Positions 38,191 through 53,279 of a stretch of DNA of 64,000 bases are shown piece by piece (positions within the stretch are counted from its first letter, which is position 1; every line of letters begins with the position of its first letter). The notes beneath the pieces are model-generated. The model saw nothing but the letters and a program-made list of their open reading frames with translations, searched no databases and had not been told where the DNA came from. Source of the stretch: Eledone cirrhosa (lineage: Eukaryota); NCBI GenBank assembly GCA_964016885.1, contig OZ024741.1, positions 303,304,001 through 303,368,000 of the forward strand, in the 5' to 3' direction. A program made the position numbers and the translations under genes.

Positions 38191-38367
38191 TTTTTCTTTC
38201 TATCTTTCTTTTTCTCTTATATATTACAAACACACACACTCTCTCTTTTTCTCTCTATTTCTTTCTCTCCTCTCTCTCTGTTATACACGCTCTCCCCTCT
38301 CTCCTCTCACTTAAAAACATTCTCTATATCCCCCTCTCTCTAGTTTCGTACACATACAAACACACAT

Positions 38368-38443
<76 letters not shown>

Positions 38444-38710
38444 CTCTCTCTTTCACTCTCTCTCTTACACATACAAACACACGCACTCCCTCTCACACAT
38501 ACAAACACACACACTCTCTCTCTCTTACACACACATACAAACACACGCTCTCTCTCTTTCTCTCTCTCTCTCCCCCTCTCTCCCTTACACATACAAACAC
38601 ATGTTCTCTTTCTCTCTTTCCCCTCTCTCTGTTACGCACTCAGACACATGCTCTCTCTCTCTCTCTCTCTCTCTCATACAAACACATGTTCTCTCGCCCT
38701 CTCTCTCATT
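37887..38710. repeat. (AAT)n, (GAT)n, (TTTC)n, (CT)n and CA/CT low-complexity tract
   Basis: Direct reading. Confidence 0.93.
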
Positions 38711-38982
38711 CATCATTTTCCCCTATTTTCTTCTTTTCCTTCTTCTATTATAGAAGCTACTTAATTATATACAACTCAATGCATCTATGCACTGGTGATG
38801 TATTTTCTTTGTGTGCATTGTCTAACAACTAGAATAAGATAAATATAGTAGGAGAGCCTTCGTTTACTTAAACTAGTATAACTATCACTAGTATTTCTCA
38901 TGCCATTATGTATATTATTAACTAGGATATTTTAACAAGTTATTATATATTTCATTGCATTAAATAATATTCTTCTTCTTTA

Positions 38983-39226
38983 CTTCTTCGCCCACTTATT
39001 CCAGAGAGGGTCGTGGGGTCAGAGTCCTTAAACACTCCTTCCAGCAGGTCTCAAACTCATCCGGCTGGATCCCCAAGCGAGACCAGCCAAGTTCATGGAT
39101 GTTATCCAACCATCTTGCTCGGGATCTACCCCTGGTTCTCCTGCCGGTTGGTTTTGCCCGTCAAATCTCTCCAATGATTCTTTCCAGAGACATTCTAACT
39201 ACATGCCCATAGTATCGGAGCTGTGA
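38983..39226 (-). mobile_element. RTE-type LINE 3' fragment (second RTE family)
   Basis: QLRYYGHVVRMSLER...AKPTGRRTRGRSRARWLDNIHELGWSRLGI; (AAG)-like tail. Confidence 0.8.
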
Positions 39227-39716
39227 TTAAATAATATTAATTTAAATAATTAATTAACTGATACATAATCTTTATTTAATAATAATCTATAAGTAATAAT
39301 ATATCTTTATTATTAAATCAATATTTAACAGGAATACATATAAATAAGTATTGGCAAAGTCGGTAGAGAGGTATTTAGATACATTCTGAGTTCAAATCAC
39401 ACTTCAGTCAATTTGGTATTTCATCCTTCTGAGGTCGATAAAATAAAGTACTGGTTCGATTTAATCGATTTTCCTCCCCCCGCTCCCAAATTATTGACCT
39501 TGTGCCTAAATCAGAAATTATTATTATTTCCAAACAAGGAACAGCGTACTGGTAGAGCGGTGGTAATTAGTTACGTTCTGAGTTCAAATCCCGCCAGGGT
39601 CAACTTTGAATTTTGTTCATCCGTGTTCGATAATACACTCTCTCTCAAAATATGAAGATTTCTATTTGTTTTTAGTAAGTAAGTAAGTAAGTAAACAAAT
39701 GATCCTCAGTCTAGGG

Positions 39717-39883
39717 CAGTGGTTCCCAAAGTGGGTTCGGCAAACGAGTGTCTGGGGTTCCGTGAAAAAAGATAGAGAATTATATTTATATTATGATCAT
39801 ATAACAGCATTAGACTTTGTGTTTCCCCCAAAAGTTTCTTAACCAAAAAGGGTTCCGCGTTTGAAAAAGTTTGGGAAACCCTG
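39717..39883. mobile_element. hAT-type MITE
   Basis: TIRs CAGTGGTTCCCAAA / TTTGGGAAACCCTG with internal GGGTTCCG motifs. No clear 8-bp TSD. Confidence 0.7.
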
Positions 39884-41369
39884 AGTAAAAGCATTTCAGT
39901 CACCACCATCCCGTCATTTTGGGATTTGTAGGGAACCCAGGACCACATTATACAACGAATTCTTTTCTATGAAAGTAGAGTGTGATTTGTTTCAAATTTG
40001 ACTGCTCTCTCTAGCAAGTTGTACAACCAGATAGAGGCTCCGATCATCTCCTATTATTGCCAAGTAAAAGTTATTTCTTAGGTCCTAGTTATTTCTAATC
40101 AAGCAAACATATAACCAGAGGCATTCAAACACTGACCATCTGGTATTTTATATTTCAGGCACAATATATTTTGGTCAATATTATGGAATGTCCTCTTTCT
40201 TACTAAGACAGTAAACCGTGATTTGAAGAGGATGTGGCAAGTATTTCTTACAGTTCGAGTGACTACATAGAGATTCCCTCATTAGCTTATAATGGTTATA
40301 TTTATCTAATACAATTATGTAATGGTTGTTATTGTCGTTCTTTAGCTCCAGGTCAGCGTTGAACGAGCAGCCCTCATCACCGAATTTTAAATCTAAGACT
40401 ATATCATTTAATGTATTCTTCCATTAAGCAGATTTATCTGCTATTTCTAGCAGATTGAACTGCCACGTAGATGGTTTTCTTTAGCCCATTATCTCATGGT
40501 TAATTTCCCGTGTACATAACATGTACACATTTCCAAAAGGAAACTCAGAAGTAAGTATGTAAGTAAGTAAACAAAGGGTCCTCAGCCCTTGATAGTGTCT
40601 TAAGGTTACTATCCTGACGCACGGCAGATCTTGGGTATTCTAACCCCTTAGCATTTACATTACTCTATATTTACTATTATATTTTCACCATGCTTTACCT
40701 CACATAATTATCTCACATAATATTGAATCTATGAGATTTTGATATTATTTATTTTGAGAACAATACCTTAAGATAAGTATGAGCAACTGGTTACAGCTGG
40801 TTTGAACAGAAAGAGGTGAGACAATCCCGGAACCTATTCCTATCCAGGTCTGAACACAGCCGATTTCTTCCAGAGAAAGAAAGTTATAAATTCAATTCAA
40901 GAACCCACTGCGTCATACATCATCTTCAAAAGTTTCTTTTGAAGATTTTTTTTTATAATAGACACCTGAAATATCAAAGATAAAACAAACACAACAGCGA
41001 GGTACAGAACATCAGACGCCATAAAATACAGAGTTATATTTGCTACAGAGAGCGTCAACTTAGACACCAGAACAATTTAAAATAGGAAATATGTTAAATA
41101 CTTTTCTAAAAGTCATCTTAAAACAGCAATTAATATGAATATTTTCCTGACTTTTAAGATTCTTAATAAAACAAAAAAATTTATAATTTATAATTTCTCA
41201 CATAATCATAAAGCTTAAGAATTCCTCAAGGAGGGAAAGTTGTGAATAATGAGGTTAAAGCGACATTAGCAAATTAAGTGAATTTAACAATATCAGAAAG
41301 AAGAATATTACATTTACTGAAATCAAAATGTCAATGGAAATGAGATTACGTTGGCGGTAAAATCTATAA

Positions 41370-41414
<45 letters not shown>

Positions 41415-41433
41415 GATATCTATATATATACAG

Positions 41434-41532
<99 letters not shown>

Positions 41533-44350
41533 CACACACATAAAATATCACCACCGACCAGGCAAATCGTTATACACGTTACGGACATTATATTTATATA
41601 TGCACATTAAAATGTAACACATAATTGAAGGTAAATCTCTCAAGCTTTTCAGAGTTGTATTGTTAAAATTGTCAGATGTCTAATAATGAAAAGATTACTA
41701 TACTGACAAAAGAAAAATAACTAAAGACGAACATTAAAAAGAACTAAACAAAAAAAAATTGGAGCCGGAGATCAAATGAAAGAGTTGAAAATATAAAAGA
41801 ATACATATGCCGTATAATGTATAGAAAATAATATGAGTCGAAAACTGAGGATATACTTTTAGGATATAACAAAATGCGTGTTAAAAAAAACAAGGTAAGT
41901 TATAATGACATTTCTAACGACACATATAACTACAACAAGCTTAATAAAATACTACTTGAATATAAAAGATTCTTGCTTAAAATCACAAATGAATGAAAGT
42001 GGAAAGATATTTCTATTAAGTTCCATCTTATCACGTAACAGCGACGTTTTGTTTAATAGCTCCATATAATTATTGTATAAGAAAGACTGTGTGATGCTGG
42101 TATAAAGCAGAGACAGTCGGGAGGTTGTCAGATTTATTTTAGTCTATCCACTGCAATTATGACGCTCTCTCGGCTTGGCAGCATTGGCGGCTGAGACCTT
42201 ATAAGTTACAAAAGAAACTAGTGACAGCCCTCCCATATCTCTAAACTTGACCTGGATACTAAAATTAATGTAATAATGATAGGATATTTTAATAAAATAT
42301 ACATGTTAATGGAAAGATTCTTTGTAACAGGTAAAAAGAAAAAATTTTTGTTAAATTTAAGAATTTAAAAATATTTAAATTCTTTTTTTATAGTTTTTCT
42401 TTTGTATTTATTTTTCAAAATTCAAAATACAAATCATTGGAAACCTATATTTAAAATCCTTTTTTTTTTCTTGGTCAAAAAAAAAAAAAAAATTCTCCTT
42501 CTTGCCATACTTCTCTTGAATATAATTTATTTTAGAGATAATTCTTCGATGCCCTTACTTGTTAATTGGTCAATGCGCAATTAATTATTAATTGACATAC
42601 GCGCAAATTATACATTTTGTATCATATAGATATATCTATAACTAATTTTAAAATAATTTTTATTCAATATAATAAGTTTATTTTATTTTATAACCTTTCA
42701 AATGTTGTTATTTTCATTTTCAGGTTGATTTCTTTTTAAAAAACATCGTCTGCTTCACTTAGAGCTACAGCGTACACCCCAAGGTCGACACCTCTCACAA
42801 ATGCAAATAGTTAATAGATTTATTACTTTGAAGTTCGCTAATCCTAATTTATATCCAATTACACTATTTAAACTTTAAATTAAATATATATTGAAGATTT
42901 ATATTTACAAAATGTATGTATTAAGAATGAAAAGGAAAATCCGTTTAGTCTGTGTTTCATAAAAATTCATCGCCGTAGCAGTCAGACAAAGGCTCCCACA
43001 GTTGGCAGCTGCTAGCAGACGACACAGAAATCGTCAGTCATAGTACAGCGCGCGCAGAAACAGGGGAGATGATGCCGAACGACAAAAAATTAGTTATATC
43101 TAGGGTTGTCTCCCTCAGTATTTTTAGGTCTCTACGACATTTGAATTTAAACTTTAATGCAATATAATTTACATTGTATGAGTGGACATAATGTAAACAA
43201 GGCAATAAACCCTATATACACTTATAAATAAATTACTAAAGAGTTTTTGATTATTATTTCTATTATTATTATGATATAATATTAACTCGTTGAATAAAAA
43301 ACCCGAGTTAATTTGAGCAACAATTGACAACACCCATTGTCAAAATTAGTTTACGATTGTGAAAGTAAACAGAAATACTTCGTTAAAAAACTATTGTCTT
43401 GTAAGACTGTATTAAATAACTGGAAAAAAAAATACCGTTTAGAATTAAGTTAAATTAATACTTTGATAAAGTTATGAATATTAATGATAAAGCGTTCAGA
43501 GGGAGAAGGATAGTGATATATTTTTTTTATAGAAAGAAAAGAAAACAACAGGACAAACTTTTGATTCAGTCAAACAATATATTTCATGCTGCTCTGACTA
43601 TTTCTATTTCTTTTTAAACTCATAAATCAAACTCTGTATGTGTATATATACCTAGCTGTATGTAATACGTGCAGGGAGTTTTTCTCACGCGCCCGCGCGC
43701 ACGGATTAAATATCATTTCTTCACCAAAATGAGGACATAACAGCGTTTTTCTCATTTATTTTATTTCTGGTTTTAGAGGAAAACCACTGAACTGATGTTA
43801 CAATAATATCATCAACATCATTATTATGTTGGTGTTGTTGTTATTGTTGTATTTGCTGTCGTCCCCAACAAGTGAGCCAGAAGGAAAATGGGTCTATACA
43901 GCTGCGTAGGGCGGACTAGATGATTTTGTTTTGTTTTTTTGTCTCACTTCATGTCGAAATGGGCACATTGATCGTGTGACTAATTTCTTTTAGAAATGCT
44001 TACGATAACTTGCAATAGCCTAGAGCCTGAACACCAGTCGTTCGTAGAAACAACAACAGCAATAATATTTAATAGCAGTCAAAACTTGAAATGAAACGTA
44101 CATTTTTCCTTGTCTTTGTATAGGTTTTCTTTGTTTTGGTTTTCTTCTCTATGTATGGACATAAATAGAGAAAGCGAGAAAAAGATAGGGAGATATTAAA
44201 AAGAGGGAGGAAAACAGGTTGCATGTAGAAGTGGGTTGGGTTTGTGTTTTTTTGTATAGTTAAGTGATATTAAAGTAGATGAAAATATACATAAAAGCGT
44301 ACTAACTACGAGAGAGTGATAGATAGATAGATAAAGACAGATGGCAAAAG

Positions 44351-44406
<56 letters not shown>

Positions 44407-44940
44407 AAAGCTTTACATTGAAAATTATATTAAGAAATAGTTAATAAAATAATAATTTAAGTAAATATGAAAAAAATATATAACATATATATTGAAAGCG
44501 CCAAACGTTGTGACATTGAACTTAAATATATTGTAAGCCTGGGAAAAGTCTATTATTTGGAAAATCAAGTGCAATGCACATATAATATATAATATAATGT
44601 AATATAATATAAAATTATATATATATATAAATATAAGAGTGTAAGTAAAAAAGAAAAAACAAACAAATATAGTTTTAACAAAAGGCAAGTACACTAAAGT
44701 AAATTTTAATCACTGACTATACTGACGCGGAATTATAATTTCGAAATACAGTAATTTCAACAAATGTTGAAGCTGTTGCAGGCAGGAGGAATGGATGATA
44801 ATGCTTTTTTATATTCTGCCATTCTGATAACAGTAGAAATATATATGCCAGCAATATTTAATTTAAACTTATAAAATGTTAGGCAATAATCTTCATGTGT
44901 TTGAATATATATATATATGTATATATATATATGTGTGTGA

Positions 44941-45035
<95 letters not shown>

Positions 45036-47413
45036 CATTCATATATACATCTATATATTAATAATACGAAAATATATACTCACTAATATAATTGAAAATT
45101 CAAAGCAAAACAAATATTCCTTTCAAACTAAAGGGAATTCTGAGAAAAAGGACGAAAACGAAAAACATACAAACATTTATTGAAAATAATATAACAAGCT
45201 ATTATTTTAAGAATCATGTTAAACTAAATTTAAGATTAAACCAAGCACAATGCAGTGTTATATATGTACGTATGTAAGTGTATATTTATGTGTATGTATG
45301 TATTTGTGTATGTGTGTATGTTGTGTGTCTGTATCTGTGTGTATGTATATGTGTCTATGTATGTATGTATGTATGTATGTATGTATGTATGTATGTATGT
45401 ATGTATGTATGTATGTATGTATGTATGTATGTATGTATACATGCGATTCTCAATGCATATATTGTAAAAAAAATTCAACTTTTAGATTTCAGAAAATGCG
45501 TCTCTAAAATATTTTATCATCTACTTGACGTAAACTTCAAAAGAATATAAAAAGAAACGGGGAGTTAAAGGGAGGGAAGTGAGAGGAAGAGGGTGGAAAG
45601 ACTATAGTCTTTTGTTAAACTAAATGAAAAAAAAAGAAGAAAAATTAAAATGTCTATGAAGGAAGTTGAGCGCGTGTGAACGCTTGTGTCTCTAGACTCT
45701 CAGAAGTAATATGTGCCTCTTTAGTCGAAGAACCCCGCTGTTCGTAGGTTCTTTGTCAGGCGACTGTCCTTTAAGATTTCTGTTTTGGAAGCAGGTGAGA
45801 TTGCTGGGTAGTATCGCTGGCACCCGATAAGTTGGTTTACACCACACGTCGTTTTCTCGACTGGCAGAATAACATTTTATCATCATGGTGGTGGTGGTGG
45901 TTGAGATGGTAGTGCTGGTGGTGGTGGTGGACGTGTGATGGAAATGGTGATATGTTTATGAAGTGTACTGAGGGTTACGTTTGAGTGTGTGTTTTCCTTA
46001 TGGACCTGTCATTTTTCATCGGTGTGTGTATGCATAAGAGAAAGATTACAAGCGAAAGAGAATGGAAGAAAGAAAGAAGAGTGAGAGAGAGAGAGAGAGA
46101 GTGAGTAGGTGCGGGTGAGAGGGAGAAAGAGAGATACAGAGAGAGAGAGAGAGAGTAGAAAGTCTCAAGATTCTTATCAACAGTGTCTGCATTACATTTG
46201 TCTGTCTGTCCGACCATCCGGCCAACGAAAATGGAAGCATGGCTGTCTGTACGTCGTGCTCAGGCCACTTTCTAGAGCCACGCTCGTCCACTTGAGATGC
46301 ACTGAGGATACACCAGTATGTTTTATTGCAGCTGGTACCGCTTCCTGTAGCTGCAACGTAACCATCCTTCTCTTTCTTTTCTCCTCACATCCGTTAGTCT
46401 GTTGAGAACTGACAGGAAGAAGAAGAAGAAGAAGAAGAAGAAGAAGAAGAAGAAGAAGAAGAAGAAGAAGAAGAAGAAGAAGGTTTTCTATCTGATAGAT
46501 GCATATATGGTAGGATGGAACAGAATAACAGTGTTAGGAGAAAGTGTGGACTGTTCAACAGCTGCCCGAAATTGGAATAAAAAACGATGATTATAGTTAG
46601 CCGCAAGAAAAATATGGAGACTCATTCAACAAACAAGAAATAATTCAATTTATCATCTTAAAAATGACATCCTATTAATAGCAATATTTCTCCAGTTAGA
46701 TTAATACATTTTTGCTTTTCTTTTTTTACTGTATTGAATCAATATTATTATAGAATAATAGGTATATATATACACATACACACACATTTATATATATATA
46801 TATATAGTGAGAGAGAGAGAGAGAGAGAGACAGAGATAGATAGATATACATATTTATATATATACATACATACATACACGCACACACATACACATATATA
46901 TGTGTCTAATATGCATATGTATGTTTCTATGCCTGTATATATAAACGAAAACAAAGGCTTAACATTGGAAAGATGCAAAAATAAAACTAGAAATATACGA
47001 GTAAATAATAAAGAGAATTTGACGAGTTGTATTCGTCAGAACTGAAAAGAAATAATATATAAGAATCAATAAAGTGTCTTGCAGTCATAAAACAAAAAGA
47101 AAAAGAAAAAAATGATAATAAACCTTGAGAATATATATTGTTTCTTTTCTTTCTTACCTTCTTTTTTATTTTGTTCTGCAGAAAGTGGGGAAGAGGTGAT
47201 GGTAGGGTGGAAGTAATGCTCATAGAAATTGAAAATGGGGGTAAAAAGTAAATAGCAGGACCGCGGAAATAGGAAATGGGAAGCGATTGTCGTTCTTGGA
47301 CGCGAATGGCGTACCAGTTTGCGGAGGGGTGTGGGTGTGAGATAGCAAAACAAACAAACAACAATAATGATAGTAATAATAATAGTAATGAAGCAAAGAA
47401 TATATTCAAGCAG

Positions 47414-47433
47414 TAGAATTGACGTCAATTCTA
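47414..47433. promoter_or_regulatory. 20-bp perfect palindrome with a full CRE core
   Basis: tagaatTGACGTCAattcta. Confidence 0.35.
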
Positions 47434-47891
47434 AGGAACTGCCAAATTACCACAACCTAATTATTATGTTGTTGTTTTTTTGTTAGAGCTTTTTGTAGTG
47501 ATTTTCTTCGTTCAATAAATATATATTATACACATATACTAGCTGCTAAAGCAAACTCGACAACACTTCATCTATTTACTTATGCATCTTTTTCTCTTTT
47601 TCCTCGACACTCGTTGCGCTTCCGTGAAAGAAATTTGCCTTTTATTTTTACTCTATTTTCTATTCTTTTTCTTTTCATTTTGTTACCTGAAATTTTTCTT
47701 TGTTACTAATATTTTTTGTTTTTGTTCGTCCCCTCCCCCCATTTTTATCCCATACAATTTCGCAGTCATAAAAGTATATCTGGAAAAAAAAAAAAAATGA
47801 AAAACAAATCGGCGACGAGACCTAGTGTCTGTGTGTATGTGATTGGATTGCGTATGAGTTAGTGTGTGTATGTGTGTGTGAGAGTGTGGAG

Positions 47892-47992
<101 letters not shown>

Positions 47993-48110
47993 GAGTAAGA
48001 ATAAAAGTAAATAGGAAATATGAAACAAGGGCGACAACAACGAGACGAAATAAAGGGAGAGAAAGTAGTGGAGCTATGAATTGAGTGTTGGTAAATAGAT
48101 GTAGTCAGTG

Positions 48111-48141
<31 letters not shown>

Positions 48142-48337
48142 CCTTTTATACACTGGCTTTCTCTCTCATAACATAATCAATCACAGTAGCAGCAACAGTG
48201 TGCTAACAGGACATCATCTACTGCTAGCAATAAATAAACTGAAAACAGATGAAGCTTAGGAAAGGAGGCATGTCATAAATGAAAACAAAGTGGTAACCTT
48301 ATATAAATAAATACTAAATAGTATAGTATTACTATTA

Positions 48338-48501
<164 letters not shown>

Positions 48502-49131
48502 TTGTAATTCTTCTGGGTGAGAACAGATGAAAACACCATTTTAGAAAGATTCTCATGAAAAAAATAATACTAGAAGCTAAACGGTTCATATTCGTGGAAA
48601 TATAAAGTAATTATAGATGCTCTATGCCCACAATTACGTGTTGAAAAAATTGAGAAAAAGAAGCCCAGTAGGCTTAATAATAATATAATGAGACAAGGGA
48701 AAAAAGGTTGCAAAAAAGGAAAGAAAGAAATACGTTGTGGTTCTTTTCTTTTTATCAAGGTGAAGAACCTAATGGGATGGAAGCGGTGCAAATGACATGA
48801 GCAAAGAAAGAGGCTAAAACTAACTCTTTCAAATGTCACTGGAACATTATATACATAATGTAACAAAAGTAGTAACTACAATAAAAAATATTGAAGAAAA
48901 TAAAAGATAAAATTAGTTGAACTCTTTCTTTCCCTTATATTAGTCTCCTTTCTTTTTCGTCATAATTCCTACAGGTTTATATTTATATATATATATTTAA
49001 GCAACACATTGGGTTCGTTGTTACACCCGGATAAGTCTCCGCCTAATAACTAGTCATACACACCATATTTTTTTCTCTCTAGCTACTTAATTCTTCCCTC
49101 TCTATTCTCTTTGTTGATGAAAAAAACTTAC

Positions 49132-49175
49132 CGCCTCGTCAGACGGCTGTCAAAGCAGCAGAGAAGTGTCCTCAC
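49132..49175 (-). other. Candidate 44-nt host exon
   Basis: tttttgcccctctgttgccag|GTGAGG...GAGGCG|gtaagt; GC-richer than its flanks. Confidence 0.45.
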
Positions 49176-50201
49176 CTGGCAACAGAGGGGCAAAAATCTG
49201 CTATTATTCCAAATAAATAAATAAAATAAATAAAAAGTAGAATAAAACACAAGCGAAACAAAACACTAGAAAACAAATTAAAAACCACCCTCAGCAAACT
49301 CAAGTCAGCAATTAATCAATGGCACGACTAAAGCAACCCGATATTAAGGAGAGATTGTGGTCATTTTTCAATTATTTTGCAGTTTTACATGAAAATAGCA
49401 AATGCTATATACCACACAGGCTCCCCGCCTCTATAATGCTTGTTTGAGTAAACTAGCAAGCAGATGTTTTGGTGCTATTAACTTAGCTTTGAATAAATGG
49501 TAAACAACTGGCAAAATATGAAAGGAGTCGGGAAGCATTTATACAATATAAATAAGCGATAACAAATGGAAAGCTATTTGTGTTGACGAACATCCCGCCA
49601 GTTTTAGAGCATGGTTTCATTACAGCATACGGCTGTTCCGGTAATGTGAAGGGGACTTAGACACCTTTTCAGCTTCGACGGCTGGTGTCCTACGTAACAA
49701 ACCAGCGCTTTGCTCACAGAAGCCCAGGTGGAGCAGGGGTCAAAATTAGCTTCAAATGTACAAGAATTATAGATTGTCTCTTGTTCACAAGGTGGCCAGC
49801 CCTGAGACGGCAGCTGCAAGCTAAACAGAAACTGTCCACACCACCAGTCATCGTGAAAACACTGGGGGCTTTGCCACTTTGCATTTTTGTTTCGGTTGTT
49901 TACAACACCGGGCTTTCTTGTTTCTTTTTCATTTTTTACAATGAAAGACTGAAAAAAAATACTTTTTCTAAAGAAAAAATAAAAGAATGAAAAAATACAT
50001 AAGTGATTTTAGAAATTTCTTTCCTCAGCTGAGCTTTCATAAGGTTTTGTCAGATAATGTGTGCAAAAGTGTGAAAGCAAGCTTAAAAAACAGAGCCACG
50101 CTAATGCTAATTCAACACAGCTTTCAGCTAAGTTGATAACTTTTTATAGAAAACCAGGAAAGAAGTTTGTATTTCCCTCCGTCCAACAATAGTTAAGTTC
50201 G

Positions 50202-50211
50202 TGCGCATGCG
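50202..50211. promoter_or_regulatory. NRF1-like site in a CpG-retaining patch; possible promoter
   Basis: TGCGCATGCG within gtgcgcatgcgtcagcgca. Confidence 0.35.
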
Positions 50212-50621
50212 TCAGCGCAAGTTGTTCACGCACCACCGCTACTGAAGGATGAGGCGATCAGAACAAGGGAAGCCACTGGCATCTCTTACAAAAAATCGCA
50301 ACTCTACCAGGAACAATACTAAAGTGATGAAAATTACGAACAGCGTTGAGTATGAACTAAAAAAAAAAACGAAATTTAGAGTAGAAATTTGATTTGATTT
50401 TATATTAAATATTTTGATTTATTAAAAAAAATGAGAACTTCAGCGAATGATGACCCAGTGATGAAACAATATATGAGCGTGTATTTATACCCAGGTAAAT
50501 ATATATATATCCTCCCATAGTTACAGGTATATAAATATGTATATGGATATATATGTATGTGTTTATATGCCTATGTATCTGTATATATATATATATATAT
50601 ATACATACACACACACACGCA

Positions 50622-50671
<50 letters not shown>

Positions 50672-50675
<4 letters not shown>

Positions 50676-50785
50676 GAAATGATAGCTATCGCCGTATTTT
50701 GACTAAAGCAATTAAAGAAATTATTTAGCCTGATAGTGGGGTTAATTTCTTTAGTCAAAATACGGCGATAGCTAACATTTCTAAT
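50672..50785. repeat. Hairpin with ~42-bp arms beside (TA)n
   Basis: attagaaatg.tagctatcgccgtattttgactaaag / ctttagtcaaaatacggcgatagcta.catttctaat. Confidence 0.85.
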
Positions 50786-50822
50786 AATTTCAAATCAACT
50801 CGCTGTTTCGAAAATATATTAC

Positions 50823-50880
<58 letters not shown>

Positions 50881-51766
50881 GTGTGTGTGTGTGTTTATAT
50901 ACGCACACACACATATATAATACATGTATATATATACATATATACATATATACATATATATGTATATACATGGATATCCATATGTATAGATATATCTCTC
51001 ACTCTCTTCCTATATATATATATATACATAATACAAAGCATGCGCCTATTCTCTTACTAAAAGACAACTATAATACACTGACAAAAACGCAAGAAAATTA
51101 ATTTCGCACCTTCAAATTATTTATTTGAAACAAACAGTTTTTTCCTCTCATTTCTAATTATATTTTATATTTAAGGGAATTAAAATTTTTTTTTAAAATT
51201 AATACATGTCAGTTAAAAATACACATAGTTACGCAATGAGAAATTAAGAGAAAACTACATTCAGGAAATAATTGAAACCTGCAAAATAAAATATCTTATT
51301 TTGACATATCGTATATATATATTGTTGTTGTTTAGCCCTAGGTCAACCCTAGGTCAACCCTGATTGAGCTAGTCAATGATCAATGACGTTCCCATCATGA
51401 CCCAGCCAAACGGTGGTTGTTTTAGATATAGTCTCTCTAATGGTTATATTATCTAGATTTATTAGCTAATGTTTTCTGCATTTTTTTTGAGGTGGTAGAG
51501 TATGAGTTGAGAGATATTTAACTGACTGCTATTTCTAGCAGTTTGAGCAACCACGTAGAGATTCCCTCGTTGTTTCAACGTGTTGCGTTAGTTTATTTCA
51601 TGAAAGGAAAGATTTATCATATATTCGCCTTCCTTTAACTAGAATAAATTCAACAATTTATGAAACATATTCATAAAAAAATATTATTATTTGTCATATA
51701 AAAACTCTGGGTTGTAATTTTGTTATATTACGATGGGTCCGGTGATAAGCATTTTCGGCTATATGG

Positions 51767-51818
<52 letters not shown>

Positions 51819-51819
51819 G

Positions 51820-51861
51820 ACTGAGCTGAGGATCAGATAAGGTGAAGCATTTGTTCTCGGT
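51820..51861 (+). ncRNA. Decayed type I hammerhead motif in a pLTR-like island (51818-51955)
   Basis: actgag CTGAGGA tcagataaggt GAAGC attt GTT ctcggt. The sister copy near 31578 has GAAAC, so the consensus is canonical. Confidence 0.55.
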
Positions 51862-52290
51862 ATGGTGAACTAACTGTTGTGGAACTACTTCTACCAAACT
51901 CGTCCCATGGACTGAGTGCTCTACTACTACGGATATAACTCACCAGTGTTCTACTATTATATATATAAAATATATAAAATAAAATTCTTAATACGGCTAG
52001 TAAAGGCTAGAAATACCACAGCATCACAAATTTCCTTCCTACAGAAAAACAATACAAATGCGATAAATTCCTTATTAAATTGTGTCGCACGGTAGACGCC
52101 GTAAAGAAGTTGAAATATCTCAGACAGCGGTCTAAGAGTCTGCATGACCCAAATCACGAGAGAAAAGGCATGATTGCCACTGCAACTCGATTCTCTTCTA
52201 TAATAAGAAGAACATAATATATTACGGCAGCCCCGATCTCCAAAATAAAAACTTTCGCGGAGATGTATATTAAAGACTTTCTCATCATCC

Positions 52291-52384
<94 letters not shown>

Positions 52385-52501
52385 AAAAGAAATCGAAAAG
52401 GCAACTAGAATCTTTTTAAGAATATATATTTTCTTTACCGGTTTCACAGTTCTTATGCTTTTCAAAAGTAGAATTGAGATGGAGGGCTTGTGGTTTCTCT
52501 C

Positions 52502-52599
<98 letters not shown>

Positions 52600-52601
52600 G
52601 A

Positions 52602-52638
<37 letters not shown>

Positions 52639-52654
52639 TATATACATATATATA

Positions 52655-52712
<58 letters not shown>

Positions 52713-52717
52713 CATAC

Positions 52718-52766
<49 letters not shown>

Positions 52767-52785
52767 CATACATATATATAAATAT

Positions 52786-52861
<76 letters not shown>

Positions 52862-53279
52862 GTATATATATATGTATATATATATGTATATATATATATA
52901 TATAACATTTACATATTTTACTTTGCTCTAGTCCACTCAGCTAGTTAAAAGAATGAGTTGTACCTGTAATTCAAAGGGCCAGTCTAGTCACACAATGTGT
53001 CGCGCTGAATCTCCTGAGAACTACGTTAAGGACACACGTTTCTGTGGAATGCTCAGTCACTTGTACGTTAATTTCACGAACAGTCTGTTCCCTTGTTTGA
53101 AACAACTGGAACACTCGTCATTGGAACTGCTGAAGGCCCAATAACAGCAATACATGTATACATGTATATATTATACATGTATACACGTATACATGTATAT
53201 ATTATACACATATACACGTATATACACGTATACATGTATACACGTATACATGTATATATTATACATATGCATATTAGGG

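Noticed and set aside
36603-38764. 289-aa and 271-aa low-complexity ORFs
   Set aside because: They are made of tri- and tetranucleotide repeats plus LINE 3' UTR, with no domain signal.
35125-40650. tcctgac.cacgg...tcttggg motif at ~35140 and ~40613 as an HDV-like ribozyme
   Set aside because: I could not build the P1/P2/P4 pseudoknot. More likely a diverged repeat.
47066-47428. 120-aa ORF with a hydrophobic N-terminus
   Set aside because: Non-ATG start, hydrophobicity comes from (ATT)-rich sequence, and it runs through a likely splice donor.
49790-49840. miR-22/745-like AGCTGCC...AGGGCTG on minus, and a nearby miR-87-like GTGAGCAAAG
   Set aside because: No proper pre-miRNA hairpin, and the match beyond the seed is partial.
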